From Mobula hypostoma (taxonomy: Eukaryota): DNA of 64,000 nucleotides. The stretch's first letter is position 1; each line of letters begins with the position of its first letter. The stretch is from the NCBI RefSeq assembly GCF_963921235.1, contig NC_086098.1, forward strand, positions 7,812,001 to 7,876,000. Reading direction: 5' to 3'. The position numbers were made by a program, and so were the translations under genes. Below, piece after piece: positions 50,768 through 64,000 of the stretch. The notes under the pieces are model-generated. The model searched no databases and was not told the DNA's origin. It was given only the letters and a program-made list of their open reading frames with translations.

Positions 50768-52910
50768 CTGGAAGAATTGTTTCGGAACGGTGTATTAGAT
50801 CCACAATGTGCCTCTCGATGGTTCCGGTTATGCCTCAGAAAGGCGGCATGAATCATTAAGGACTCCCACCACCCAAGACATGCCCACTCCTCATTGCCAT
50901 CATCAAGGAAAAGGTACAGGAGCCCGGAGGCACACATTCAACGATTCAGGAACAGCTCCTCCGGCTTTGCAATCGGATTTCTGAATAGACAATTAACCAT
51001 CCCATGAAAACTAACCCACTACTTCTGCTCTCTTTTATTGTACTTACTTTTTAACAAATTAAAAACTATACTGAGTATTTTAATTATTGTAATTTATAGT
51101 GTATTTTATGTGTTGCACTGTACTGCTGCCACACAACAACAGATTTCACGACATGGCAGAGCAAATTAGTGGGAAGTTAGAGGATGGGGGAGCTTTTAAA
51201 AGGTTGCGTAAGCCAGGCCTTTTTGCTTTGGAGTGAAGCAGGATGAGAGGCGATTTGATAGAGGTATACAGGACAAGGAGAGGCACAGATCGTGGGGACA
51301 GCCAGTGCTTTGTTCCCAGGCAGCAACAGCTAATACAAGAGGTCGTAACTTTAATGTGATTGGAGGAAAGTATGGGGGGAGGGGTGAGAGAAGTTGGTTG
51401 TTTACACAGAGTGTGATGGGTGCAAGAACGCACTGCCGGGGGTGATGGTAGGGGCAGATACGTTAAGGAAATTTAAGAAACTCTTAGACGGGCACATGGA
51501 TTAAATAAAAATGCAGAGCTGAAATCAGCGAGGATTGTGCTCGGGGCAAACATTTAGTGCCAACATAGTAAGCCCACAACTCACTAATTCTAACCCGTAC
51601 TTTGTTGGAATGTGGGAGGAAACTGGAGCAACTGGAGGAAACGGGGAGAATGTACAAACTCCTTGCAGATTAACAGCAGGATTAACAGCAATAAGAGGAA
51701 TAAATAGAGTGGATAGCCAGCGCCTCTTCCCCAGGGCACCACTGCTCAATACAAGAGGACATGGCTTTAAGGTAAGGGGTGGGAAGTTCAAGGGGGATAT
51801 TAGAGGAAGGTTTTTTACTCAGAGAGTGGTTGGTGCGTGGAATGCACTGCCTGAGTCCGTGGTGGAGGCAGATACACTAGTGAAATTTTAGAGACTACTA
51901 GACAGGTATATGGAGGGATTTAAGGTGGGGGCTTATATGGGAGGCAAGGTTTGAGGGTCGGCACAACATTGTGGGCCGAAGGGCCTGTACTGTGCTGTAC
52001 TATTCTATGTTCTATGAATTGAACCCCAGTCTTTCAACTGAAGCTGTATTGGTGCCACGCTAACTGCTGCCCAACCTAGGTTCACAATTCAGATTGCAGG
52101 ATCACATCACTCATTTGAACTGTATTATTCGTGCCAAAATGAACTACAATTTCTGACTGTTCACCTCTTTAAAAAACTGTGCAATCGTTTTGTGCTATCA
52201 GTGAGCCTCACACTTGGGAGGCAACACATGTTGTCCACTCCCCTCATGACTGAATCAGCTTGGACTCCTGCTCCTCCCCTTCTTCAGCTGAGCTATCAAC
52301 TGTTCTGTCTGCACTCCCAGGGAAATCCTGGCTGAAGGGAATTAGAACATAGAACATAGAACTGAGCAGTACAGGAGCAGGCTCTTGGGCCCACAGTGTT
52401 GCGCAGAACCAATTAGTAGTCAACAGGCCAAATAAACTAGTCTCTTCTGCCTACAAAATGTCCATATTATTCCATTTTCCTCATATTCTATCAAAGTCCC
52501 TAATGTATATACCCCTAACACCATCCCAGACAGTACATTTCAGGCACCCATTACTCTCTGTGTAAAAACATTGCCTCTCATGTCACCTTTGAATTTATCC
52601 ACTCTCACCCAATATTGGACGTTTAGCCAACAAGACCATAAAACATAGGAATAGAATTATGCCATTCAATTCATCAAGCCTGCTCCATCAGTTCATCATG
52701 GCTGATCCATTTTCCCTGTCAACCTGTCTCCTGCCCTCTCCCTATAACCTTTCATGCCCTGACTAATCAAGAACCTATCAACCTCCGCCTTAAATACACC
52801 CAGTGACCCGGCCTCCACAGCAGCCTGTGGCAATAAATTCCACATCTATAGATTCACTGCTCTCTGGTTGGAGAAATTCCTCCTCATCTCCATTCTAAAT
52901 GGATGTCCCT

Positions 52911-54681
52911 TGGAAGACAATAAGGGGAAATTAATATTGCGTGATAAGGAAATGGCTGAGGCATTGAACGACTATTTTGTGTCGGTCTTCACAGTGGAGG
53001 ACTCGTCTAATATGCCAAAGAAGGATGTTATGGATGAAATGGGAGGTGAGGACCTTGATAAAATCACTGTCACTAAAGAGATAGTGATGAGCAAACTAGA
53101 GGGTCTGAAGGTAGATAAGTCCCCTGGTCCTGATGGGATGCATCACAGGGTTCTGAAGGAACTGACGGAGGTTATAGTAGATGCCTTGGTAATCATTTAT
53201 CAAAACTCTCTAGACTCTGGGCAGGTTACGGCGGATTGTAAGACAGCAAATGTCACGCCACTTTTTTTAAAAAGGATGTAGGCAAAAGATGGGCAACTAT
53301 AGGTCTGTAGTTGGGAAAATGCTTGAAGCTGTCATAAAGGAAGAAATAACGAAACATTTAGAAAGGAGTGGTTCCATTAGACAGAGGCAGCATGGATTCT
53401 GAAAGGGAAGGTCCTGTTTGACAAGCTTACTGGAGTTCCTTGAGGACATAATAAGTGAAGTGGATAGAGGGGAACAGGTGGATGTTGTATACTTGGATTT
53501 CTAGAAGGCGTTCGATAAGGTGCCGTACAAGAGACTTATAAATAAGATACGGATGCATGGAGTCGGAGGAAGTGTATTGGCATGGATAGTGGATTGGTTA
53601 ACCGATAGAAGGCAGAGAGTTGGTATAAATGGGTGTTGCTCCGGTTGGCAGTCAGTGGTGAGTGGGGTGCCGCAGGGGTCGGAGCTGGGCCCGCAGCTGT
53701 TCATCATTTACATTGATGATTTGGAAGAGGGAACTGAGTGTAGAGTAGCAAAATTTGCTGACGACACTAAACTGAGTGGAAAAGCAAATTGTACAGAGGA
53801 TGTGGAGAGTCTGCAGAGGGATATAGATAGATTAAGTGAGTGGGCCAAGGTCTGGCAGGTGGAATACAATGGTGGTAAATGCGATATCATCCACTTTAGA
53901 AGGAATAACAGAAGAGCAAATTATTATTTCAATTGTGAAAGACTGCAGCATGCTGTTGTATAGAGGGTCTTGGGAGTGCTTGTTCATGAATTGCAAAAAT
54001 GGCTTGCAGGTACAGCAGGTTATTAAGAAGGCAAACGGAATGTTGACCTTCATTGCTAGAGGGATTGAATTCAAGAGCAGGGGGGTTATGCTACAACTGA
54101 GGGTACTGGTGAGGCCCCACCTGGAGTACTGTGTGCAGTTCTGGTCTCCATACTTGAGGAAGGATATACTGGCTTTGGAGGCAGTGCAGAGAAGGTTCAC
54201 CAGGTTGATTCCAGAGATAAAGGGGTTAACCTATGAGGAGAGTTTGAGTCGCCTGGGACTATACTCTCTGGAGTTCAGAAGAATGAGAGGGCATCTTATA
54301 GATACATACAAAATTTTGAAAGGGACAGGTATGATAGAAGTAGGAAAGTTGTTTCCATTGGTAGGTGAGACTAGAACTAGGGTACATTGTCTCAAGATTC
54401 AGGGGAGAAGATTTAGGATGAAGATGAGGAGAAACTGCTTTTCCCAGAGAGTGGTGAATCTGTGGAATTCTCTGCCCAGGGAAGCAGTTGAGGCTTCTTC
54501 GCTAAATATATTTAAGAAACAGTTAAATAGGTATATTGTATGGGAATTAAGGGTTATGGGGAAAAGGCAGGTAGATGGAGGTGAATTTACGGACAGATCA
54601 GCCATGATCTTATTGAATGGCGGCGCAGGCTTGATGGGCCAGATGGCCGACTCCTGCTCCTATTTCTTATGTTCTTATGTT
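52911..54681 (+). mobile_element. CR1 RT and 3' fragment inserted into an antisense CR1 (52630-52910, 54690-56760)
   Basis: [40 protein letters not shown] motifs; ttcttatgttcttatg tail. Confidence 0.9.
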
Positions 54682-57600
54682 TTTACGTCGCTCCATTCTG
54701 AGGCTCTGCCCTCTGGTCCTAGACACACCCACTATTGGCAACATCCTTTGCTTATCTACTCTATTGAGGCCTTTCAATATTCAACATATTTCAATGAGAT
54801 CCCCCGCCCCCCCCTCCCTATTCTTCTAAATCCCAGTGAATACAGGCTTGGAGTCATCAGATGCTCCTCATGTGAGAAGCCTTTCATTCCGGTAGTCATT
54901 CTCATGATCCTCCTCTGAACCCTCTCCAATGTCAGCACATCCTCCCTTAGGGGGCCCAAATCTACTCACAGTACTCCATTTGAAGCTTCAGCATTGCATC
55001 CTTGCTTTTATATTCAAGTCCTCTTGGAGTGAATGCACTATCACATTTGCTTTCCTCACCACTAACTTAACTTGCAAGTTAACCTTTAGGGAATCCTGTA
55101 TGAGGACTCAAACTCTTTGCACCTCCAGTTTCTGAATTGTCTTCCTGTTTAGAAAATAGTCCATGCTTTTATTCCTTCTACCAAAGTACATGAGCATACA
55201 CTTCCTGATACTGTATTCCATTTGCCACTTCTTTGCCCATTCTCCCAAACTGTCCAAGTTCTTCTGGTGCCTTCCCAGTACCTGCCCCTCCACCTGTCTT
55301 CGTATCATCCACAAGCCTGGTCACAAAACCATCAATTCCATCTTCATTGGCATAAGCACATAAAAAACAGCAGTCCCAACACCGACCACTGCGGGAAACA
55401 CTGCTTGTCACCAGCAACCAAGCCAAAAAGACTTCCTTTATTCCCACTCTTTGCTTCTAGTCAATTAGTCAATGCTCTATCCATGCTAGTATCTTTCCTG
55501 TAATACCATGGACTCTTATCTTGTCAAGCAGCCTCATGTGCGGCACCTTGTCAAAGGCCTTCAATATCCACCAGATCTCCTTGCTCTATCCTGCTTGCTA
55601 TTTCTTCAAGGAATTCCAACAGATTTGTCAGGCAAGTTTACCTTCTGGAAACAATAACAACTTTGGCTTGTTATATTATGTGCCTCCAAGTACCCTGAGA
55701 CCACATCTTTAACAATCATCTCCAACATCTTCCCAACCATTCAGGTCAGGCTGACTGACCTATAATTTCCTTTCTTCTGCCTCCCTTCCTTCTTGAAGAA
55801 TGAATTGACATTTGCAGTTTTTTAGTTCTTTGGAACCATGCCAGAATCTAGTGATTCTTTAAAGATCATTACTAATGCCTCCACAATTTCTTTCAAAACC
55901 CTGAGATGTCGTCCATCTGGTCCAGGTGACTTATCTACCTTCAGATCTTTCAGCTTCCCAAGCACCTTCTCCCTAGTGTAATATTAACTGCACTTATTTC
56001 TACACCTGGCACCATTGAACCTGTAGCACACTGTTAGTGTCTTTCACAGCCAAGACTGATGCAAAACACTTATTCAGTTTGTCTGCCATTTTCTTGTCCA
56101 CGACTGCTTCCTCTCCAGCTTCATTTTCCAATGTTCCAATACCCATAAGACAATAAGATATAGGAGAAGAATTAGACCATTTGGCCCATCAAGTCAGAAT
56201 AGCTTTTCTTTCTTTTGCTTTCTCTGAGTGAAGACTTGAAAAGCTAAAGTCTTAAGATCACCACCCTGACCATGTCCAGTCCGATGACAATCGCTGTGAT
56301 GATGGCTGCTGCACTTGCCCCCGTCTTCTTTTCATTTGCTCTTACTAATCAATCCCATTGCCAGTTGGTCACTGGTCAAAGCTCTGTTATGCTGCCGCGA
56401 CCCACTCCTGTCTTTTATCCTCAGGCAGTAGAATCGATTAAAGTCTCCTCCTCTCTAAACTTCCAATGCTCGGATTAGCCGCTGGTCAATTCTGTATACA
56501 CTCTTGCTTCTCTTTTATTTTATATATCTGAAAAAGTTTTGGTATCCTCTTTGATATTATTGTCCTTCATATTTCATCTTTTCGTTCCTTATGGCTTTTA
56601 GTTGTTTTTACTGGTTTTTAAAGCTTCCCAGTCCTCTAACTTCCCATGAAATGTTTGCTCTATTATATGCCCTCATTTTTGTTTTAATGTTGTCTTTGAC
56701 TTCCCTTGTCAGCCATAGTTGTGTCATCCTGTTTTTAGAATACTTCTTCAACCCTGGGAAAAAAGATAGCTGTCTACTCTACCGATGGTACTCATAACCT
56801 TCTAAACCTCTATCAGATCTCTCCTCAGCCTTCACCACTCCAGAGAAAACAACTCAGGTACACCCAACTTCGAGTTATAGCACATGCCCCAGGCAGCATT
56901 GTGGTGAACCTCCGGTCCTTCTCCAAAGCCTCAACATCTTTTTTGTCATAGGCAGCCAGACTGTACTCCATATGTGGTCTAACTGGAGTTTTATAAAAGC
57001 TACAACACAACTTCCTGACTTTTGAACTAATGAAGGCAAGCATACCCTATGCCTTCTTAACCACCCTATCAACCTGTGTAGGGAGCTATGAGCTTCCCTT
57101 TGAATTAAGCTCTTACACAGCCTTCCCTAATTAAAGAAGGCCAATCACATTACCAGTCAACCTGTCATTACTTTAGCTGAAACTAATCAGTTGTGAAAGT
57201 ACTGAAAATCTTCACCTGCCCTTACTTACCAATCAACAGCTTCCCCTGCTGTGTAGCTGAAATATAACATCACCTTTGACTCTGCTCTTATATCTGAAAA
57301 GTCGTGCACTCCCACAGGTATTACAAGTAGATAGGGTTGTAAAGAATGCTTCATAAATCAGATCATTGAGTACAGGAGTACAGATGTTATGAAGTTGGAA
57401 AGACGTTGCTGAGCCAAATTTCAATTTCAAAATTTAAAGTACATTTATTATCAAAGTACATTTATGTCACCATATACAGTGCTGAGATTCAATTTCCTGC
57501 TGGCATACCCATCAAATCTATAAAATAGTAACTATAACAGAACCGATGAAAGATCAACCAGAGTGCAAAAGACAACAAACTGTGCAATTGCAGATATTTT

Positions 57601-58114
57601 AAAAAAAGCAATAAATATCATGAACATGAGATAACAAGGTAATGAGCCCTTAAAGTGAGATCATTGGTTGTGGGAACATCTCAATGGATAGGCAAGTAAC
57701 TGTAGCTATCCACTTTTGTTTATGATTCCGATGGTTGCGGGGTAGCAGCAGACCCTAAACCTGGTGGTGTGAGTCCTAATGCTCTTGTACCATCTACCTG
57801 ATGGCAGTGGCAGGAATAGAGCACGAACTGAGTGGTGAGGATCTCTGATGATAGATGCTGTTTTCTACAGCAACACTTCATGCCAGTGTGGGCTTTACCC
57901 ATGATACACTGGGCTGGATCTCCGACCTTTTGTAAGAATATGTCACGTGAGATTCATTTTCTTGCAGGCATTGACAGTGAAATCAGAATTAGATTTATTA
58001 TCACCGGCATGTGTCGTGAAATTTGTTAACTTAGCAACAGCAGTTCAATGCAATACTTAATATAGAAGAAATATAATAATAATAAATCAATGACTGTATA
58101 TGTATATTGAATAG

Positions 58115-59794
58115 GGGACAGAGGGTCCAGTGAGATGGAGGAACTGAGCGAAATACATGTTAGTAGGGAAGTGGTGTTAGGTAAATTGAAGGGATTGAAG
58201 GCAGATAAATCCCCAGGGCCAGATGGTCTGCATCCTAGAGTGCTTAAGGAAGTAGCCCAAGAAATAGTGGATGCATTAGTGATAATTTTTCAAAACTCGT
58301 TTGATTCTGGACTAGTTTCTGAGGATTGGAGGGTGGCTAATGTAACTCCACTTTTTAAAAAAGGAGGGAGAGAGAAACCGGGGAATTATTGACCAGTTAG
58401 CTTAACGTCGGTGGTGGGGAAACTGCTGGAGTCAGTTATCAAGGATGTGATAACAGCACATTTGGAAAGTAGTGAAATGATTGGACAAAGTCAGCATGGA
58501 TTTGTGAAAGGAAAATCATGTCTGACGAATCTGATAGAATTTTTTGAGGATGTAACTAGTAGAGTGGATAGGGGAGAACCAGTGGATGTGGTATATTTGG
58601 ATTTTCAAAAGGCTTTTGACAAGGTCCCACACAGGAGATTAGTGTGCAAACTTAAGGCACACGGTATTGGGGGTAAGGTATTGGTGTGGGTGGAGAATTG
58701 GTTAGCAGACAGGAAGTAAAGAGTGGGAATAAACGGGATCTTTTCAGAATGGCAGGCGGTGACTAGTGGGGTACCGCAAGGCTCAGTGCTGGGACCCCAG
58801 TCGTTTACAATATATATTAATGACTTGGATGAGGGAATTAAATGCAGCATCTCCAAGTTTGCGGATGACACGAAGCTGGGTGGCAGTGTTAGCTGTGAGG
58901 AGGATGCTAAGAGAATGCAGGGTGACTTGGATAGGTTGGGTGAGTGGGCAAATTCATGGCAGATGTAATTTAATGTGGATAAATGTGAAGTTATCCACTT
59001 TGGTGGCAAAAATAGGAAAACAGATTATTATCTGAATGGTGGCCGATTAGGAAAAAGGGAGGTGCAACGAGACCTGGGTGTCATTATACACCAGTCATTG
59101 AAAGTGGGCATGCAGGTACAGCAGGCGGTGAAAAAGGCGAATGGTATGCTGGCATTTATAGCGAGAGGATTCGAGTACAGGAGCAGGGAGGTACTACTGC
59201 AGTTGTACAAGGCCTTGGTGAGACCACACCTGGAGTATTGTGTGCAGTTTTGGTCCCCTAATCTGAGGAAAGACATCCTTGCCATAGAGGGAGTACAAAG
59301 AAGGTTCACCAGATTGATTCCTGGGATGGCAGGACTTTCATATGAAGAAAGACTGGATGAACTGGGCTTGTACTCGTTGGAATTTAGAAGATTGAGGGGG
59401 GATCTGATTGAAACGTATAAGATCCTAAAGGGATTGGACAGGCTAGATGCAGGAAGGTTGTTCCCGATGTTGGGGAAGTCCAGAACGAGGGGCCACAGTT
59501 TGAGGATAGAGGGGAAGCCTTTTAGGACCGAGATTAGGAAAAACTTCTTCACACAGGGAGTGGTGAATCTGTGGAATTCTCTGCCACAGGAAACAGTTGA
59601 GGCCAGTTCATTAGCTATATTTAAGAGGGAGTTAGATATGGCCCTTGTGGCTACGGGGGTCAGGGGGTATGGAGGGAAGACTGGGGCGGGGTTCTGAGTT
59701 GGATGATCAGCCATGATCATAATAAATGGCGATGCAGGCTCGAAGGGCCGAATGGCCTACTCCTGCACCTATTTTCTATGTTTCTATGTTTCTA
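58115..59794 (+). mobile_element. Young 5'-truncated CR1 with 7-bp TSD, nested in a minus-strand Rex-type LINE (~57980-60665)
   Basis: Single-frame RT interrupted only by point stops; (TTTCTATG)3 tail; TSD tgaatag at 58108-58114 and 59795-59801. Confidence 0.93.
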
Positions 59795-62289
59795 TGAATA
59801 GATTAAAAAATCATGCAAAAAACAGAAATAATGTATATTAAAAAAATAAGGTAGTGTTCACGGGTTCAATGTCCATTTAGGAATCGGATGGCAGATGAAT
59901 CTCTGAGTGTGTGCCTTCAGGTTTCTGTACCTCCTACCTGATGGTAACGGTGAGGAAAGGGCATGCCCTGGGTGCTCGAGGTCCTTAATAATGGATGCTG
60001 CCTTTCTGAGTCACTGCTCCCTGAAGATGTTCTGGGTACTTTGTAGGTTAGTACCCAAGATGGAGTTGACTAGATTTACAACCTTCTGCAGCTTCTTTTG
60101 ATCCTGTGCTGTAGCCCCTCCATACCAGACAGTGATGCAGCCTGTGATATACCAAATCTCTTCAAACTCCTAATGAAGTATAGCACTGTCTTGCCTTCTT
60201 TATAACTCCATCAATATTTTGGGACCAGGTTAGGTCCTCAGAGATCTTTTCACCCAGGAACTGAAACTGCTCACTCTCTCCACTTCTGATCTCCCTATGA
60301 GGATTGGTACATATTCCTTCGTCTTACCCTTCCTGAACTCCACAATTAGCTCTTTCGTCTTACTGACGCTGAGTCCAAGGTTGTTGCTGCGACACCACTC
60401 CACTAGTTGGTATATCTCACTCCTTTACACGCTCTCGTCTCTATTTGAGATTCCACCAACAATGGTTGTATCATCAGCAAATTTATAAATGGTATTTGAG
60501 CTATGCCTAGCCACACAGTCATGGGTATATAGAAAATAGAGCAGTGGGCTAAGCACCCACACCTGAGGCGCACCAATACTGATTGTCAGCGAGGAGGAGA
60601 TGTTATCACCAGTCCGCACAGATTATGGTCTTCCGGTTAGGAAGTCAGGGATCCAATTACAGAGACTGAATAGAATCAAAGAGAAACTCCATTTGACTCC
60701 GATTCGTTGCTTTGTTCTATGGTGAATGCCTGCAAGAAAATGAATTTGAGAAAAATTTGGAGACTTGTGTGTAGTTCTGGTGACCTACCTACAGAAAAGA
60801 TATCGATAAGATTGCGAGAGTACAGAGAAAATGTACAAAGGTGTTGCTGGGATTTGAGGACCTAAGTTTTAGGGAAAGGCTGAACAGGTTAAGACCTTAC
60901 TCCTAGAGTGCAGAAAATTGAGGGGAGATTTGATAGAGGTAATAAAATTATGAGGGATGTGGTTAGGCTTAATGCAAGCAGCTTTTTTCCAATTGAGGTT
61001 GGGTGAGATTAGAATTAGAGGTTAAGGATGAAAGGTGAAATGTACTTTATTGATCCTGGGGGAAATTGTTTTTGTTACAATTGCACTGTAAATAATAAAT
61101 AGTAATAAAACCATAAATAGTTAAATAGTAATATGTAAATTGTAATATGAGTCTGGAACAAGCTGCCAGCAGAGCTGGTGGATGCGAGTTTGATTGCAAC
61201 ACTGAAAAGAAGTTTGAATAGATCAATGGATTGGAGGGGTATGGAGCGTGATAATCCGGGTACTAGTTGATGGGACTCGGCAGAGTAACAGTACAGCATG
61301 GGCTAGATGGGCCAAGAGGCCTGTTTCTCCACTGTAATGTTCTAGCTGGGTTATCCGCTTCCTGCTGAAGCCTCCCACTCATCCCAGTCACTGTCCCCCG
61401 TCACGGCCCACACAGGCAATCCCTGAGCTGATGTGACAATCCTGTATCAGGCTGGTGTGAGATTAGAATCACCAAGGGAACCTGAATGATGGCTAATGCC
61501 GCTCATTTTGAAGCACATTTGCTTCCTATGTCTCTCTGTACCGAACATGAGGCAGTATTACCAGTAAGTAGAGCATTGTAAGGCGCTCATCTTGGGTGAG
61601 CCTTGAGCCAAGAGACAAATATATATCAGCTGGTTTCAGCTCTTATGGATATAATTCCAAAGGTTAGTCTAACATTGCTCCAGTGATATGCGTTTTGAAT
61701 ACAGTTTGCTCTTTGTTCATGCAAGCAAATTTGATTCTGATGATTTTAAAGGGCTAATTTTTTACATTACTGAAGGTTCATGCCACTACAGTGATCACAA
61801 ATTGTACGCTCTTTGAGGTTGTAGTAATATCATCTAATTCTTCCTGCACGATTTCTACCAGATTTTCTGTTTATGATGAACAATTATGATTCAATTCATT
61901 GTGACAAGCCAACAGGTCTGGGCCTGTGCTCACCGGAGTTTAGAAGAATGAGGGATGATCTCATTGAAACCTATCGAATGTTGAAAAGTCTAGATTGAGT
62001 GGATGTGGAGAGGATGCTTCCTACGGTGGGGGAAGAGTAAGACCAGGTACAGCCTCAGAATAGAGGGATATCCATTTATAGTGAAGATGAGGAAGAATTT
62101 CCTTATCCAGAGGGAAATGAATCTGTGGAATTTATTGCTACAGATGGCTGTGGAGACCAAGTCTTTGTGTATAACTAAAGCAGAGGTTGATAGGTTTTTA
62201 ATTAGTAAGGGTGTCAAGGGTTACAGAGTGAAGGTTTATTAGAGCAGCTGAGGAAAAAGAAATAATTGATATAGTATATAAATCAAAGA

Positions 62290-63960
62290 GCAAGAAATCA
62301 ACAGATTGGAATGGATATGATATGTATTTAATTAAAAACATCATTGACTATTTTGTGAAACCACTGATTCATATCTGTAATCAGTCTTTGATTGCTGGAA
62401 AATGTCCCAATAAAATGAAAATAGCCAAGGTCATTCCAATATACAAAGCTGGAGATAAACATGTATTTTCGAATTATAGACCAGTTTCTTTGCTCTCACA
62501 GTTTTCCAAAATATTGGAAAAATATTTGTAAGAAGAGTAAATGATTTCATAACGAAACATAATATACTCTATGAACAGCAATATAGTTTCAGAAAAAAAA
62601 CAGAACCACTACAGTAGCATTAATAGATTTTGTAGAAGAAATATCAAATGTTATAGAGAGAAGTGAATACACAGTGGGAATATTCCTTGATCTAAAAAAA
62701 AGCATTTGGCACTATTGACCATAAATTATTATTAACAAAATTAGAACGATATGGTATTAGAGGGGTGGCACATGACTGGTTAAGTAGTTATTTGGAAGAC
62801 AGGTATTAGTATGTACATATAAACAACTCGAATTCAAAACTTTTGAGGGTAACTTGTGGGGTTCCACAAGGTTCAGTGCTTGGTCCATTGCTGTTCATTT
62901 TGTATATAAACGATATATGTATGGTCTCTGAGACATTGAAATGTATATTATTTGCTGATGATACAACTATATTTTGTAGTGGGGAACATCTGAAACAACT
63001 TTTGGATACAGTGGAGAAAGAACTAAAAATTATAAAGAACTGGTTTGATACTAACAAATTATCACTGAATCTAAGTAAAACTAAATTCATAATATTTGGA
63101 AACCATGTACCAAACTCATATAGTAAACTTAGAATAAATGATGTTGAAATTGATAAGGTATTTGAAACTAAATTTTTAGGAGTGGTAATAGATAATAAAT
63201 TAAGCTGGAAGCCACATATAAATTATGTCAAAGCAAAAATGTCAACATCTATTACAATACTGTACAAAGTGCAAGATTTCTTAAATCAGGAATCTTCGTA
63301 TACATTATACTGTTGATTTATAGTTCCATACATGACTTACTGTGTAGCGGTATGGGGAAATACATACAAAACAAATACTAACTCAATTTTTCTACTCCAA
63401 AAGAAAGTCATACGAATTGTAAATAAGACAACTTATTATGAGCCAACCAATCCACTATTTATTCAACTAAACACTTTAAAATTCAGAGATTTCGTAGATT
63501 TTAAAATAACACAAATTATGTATAAAGTAAAAAATGGACAGCTACCACAAAGTATGCAAAGGTTGTTTAAAATGAGAGAAAGTCAACATGATTTGAGAGG
63601 AACATGTATGTTTCAAAACCAAAGGATAAGAACAAATGTAAAGAATCATTATTTTCAGTCAGAGGAGTGAATCTATGGAACAGTTGTGAGAATTTAAAAA
63701 CATGCGCCACTCTTAACAAGTTTAAAAAATTATTTAAAAATAATTTAATGAACAAATATAAAATACATGATTTAAAATGAATGGGAGTAATGTAAATAAA
63801 TGATACTTGGAGTTGGATTTTGTGTTAAAAGATTATGAAATTTTTTGTTTTGATGTAATGATTGATGCCAAATATATTGTTGTATAAGTAAGAGGGGTAG
63901 GCGTAATAAGTGTAGCTTCAGCCCACACCCTTTCGGTCTGTTTTAAAGAACACTTATGTT
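62290..63960 (+). mobile_element. AT-rich L2/Crack/Daphne-like LINE, RT and 3' part
   Basis: [62 protein letters not shown] and YCVAVWG motifs. Exact clade not resolved. Confidence 0.8.
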
Positions 63961-64000
63961 TTTTGTTGTAATTTTCTCTGATGAAATCATCTTTACGAAA

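Noticed and set aside
1..64000. CRISPR arrays, operons, rRNA, prokaryotic defence systems
   Set aside because: No repeat-spacer arrays or dense coding; the sequence is vertebrate repeat-rich DNA.

Overview
Eukaryotic (vertebrate) DNA, mostly nested transposable-element debris. The repeat mix (many CR1 LINEs with TTCTATG/TCTTATG tails, Rex1/Babar, RTE, R4/Dong, Neptune-type Penelope elements, V-SINE-like and tRNA SINEs) suggests a cartilaginous fish; this is an inference. Best-supported elements: a compact 4.0 kb Gypsy LTR retrotransposon (16400-20393; both LTRs, ATAC TSD, tRNA-Trp PBS, PPT) disabled by a nonsense codon and an RT deletion; a Charlie/Buster hAT (46914-49810) with both TIRs and an 8-bp TSD; the right half of an IR/DR Tc1; and several Penelope-like elements. 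The Penelope terminal repeats carry minimal type I hammerhead ribozyme motifs (five copies with intact cores). Two of them sit in a ~400-bp-arm inverted repeat bounded by a 14-bp TSD. A 179-bp locally templated duplication lies at 45586/46211. No host gene is identifiable; four short minus-strand segments with good splice sites may be exons of a gene with large introns. I found no clearly undescribed system: the hammerheads belong to a known class. Most LINE fragment boundaries are approximate.
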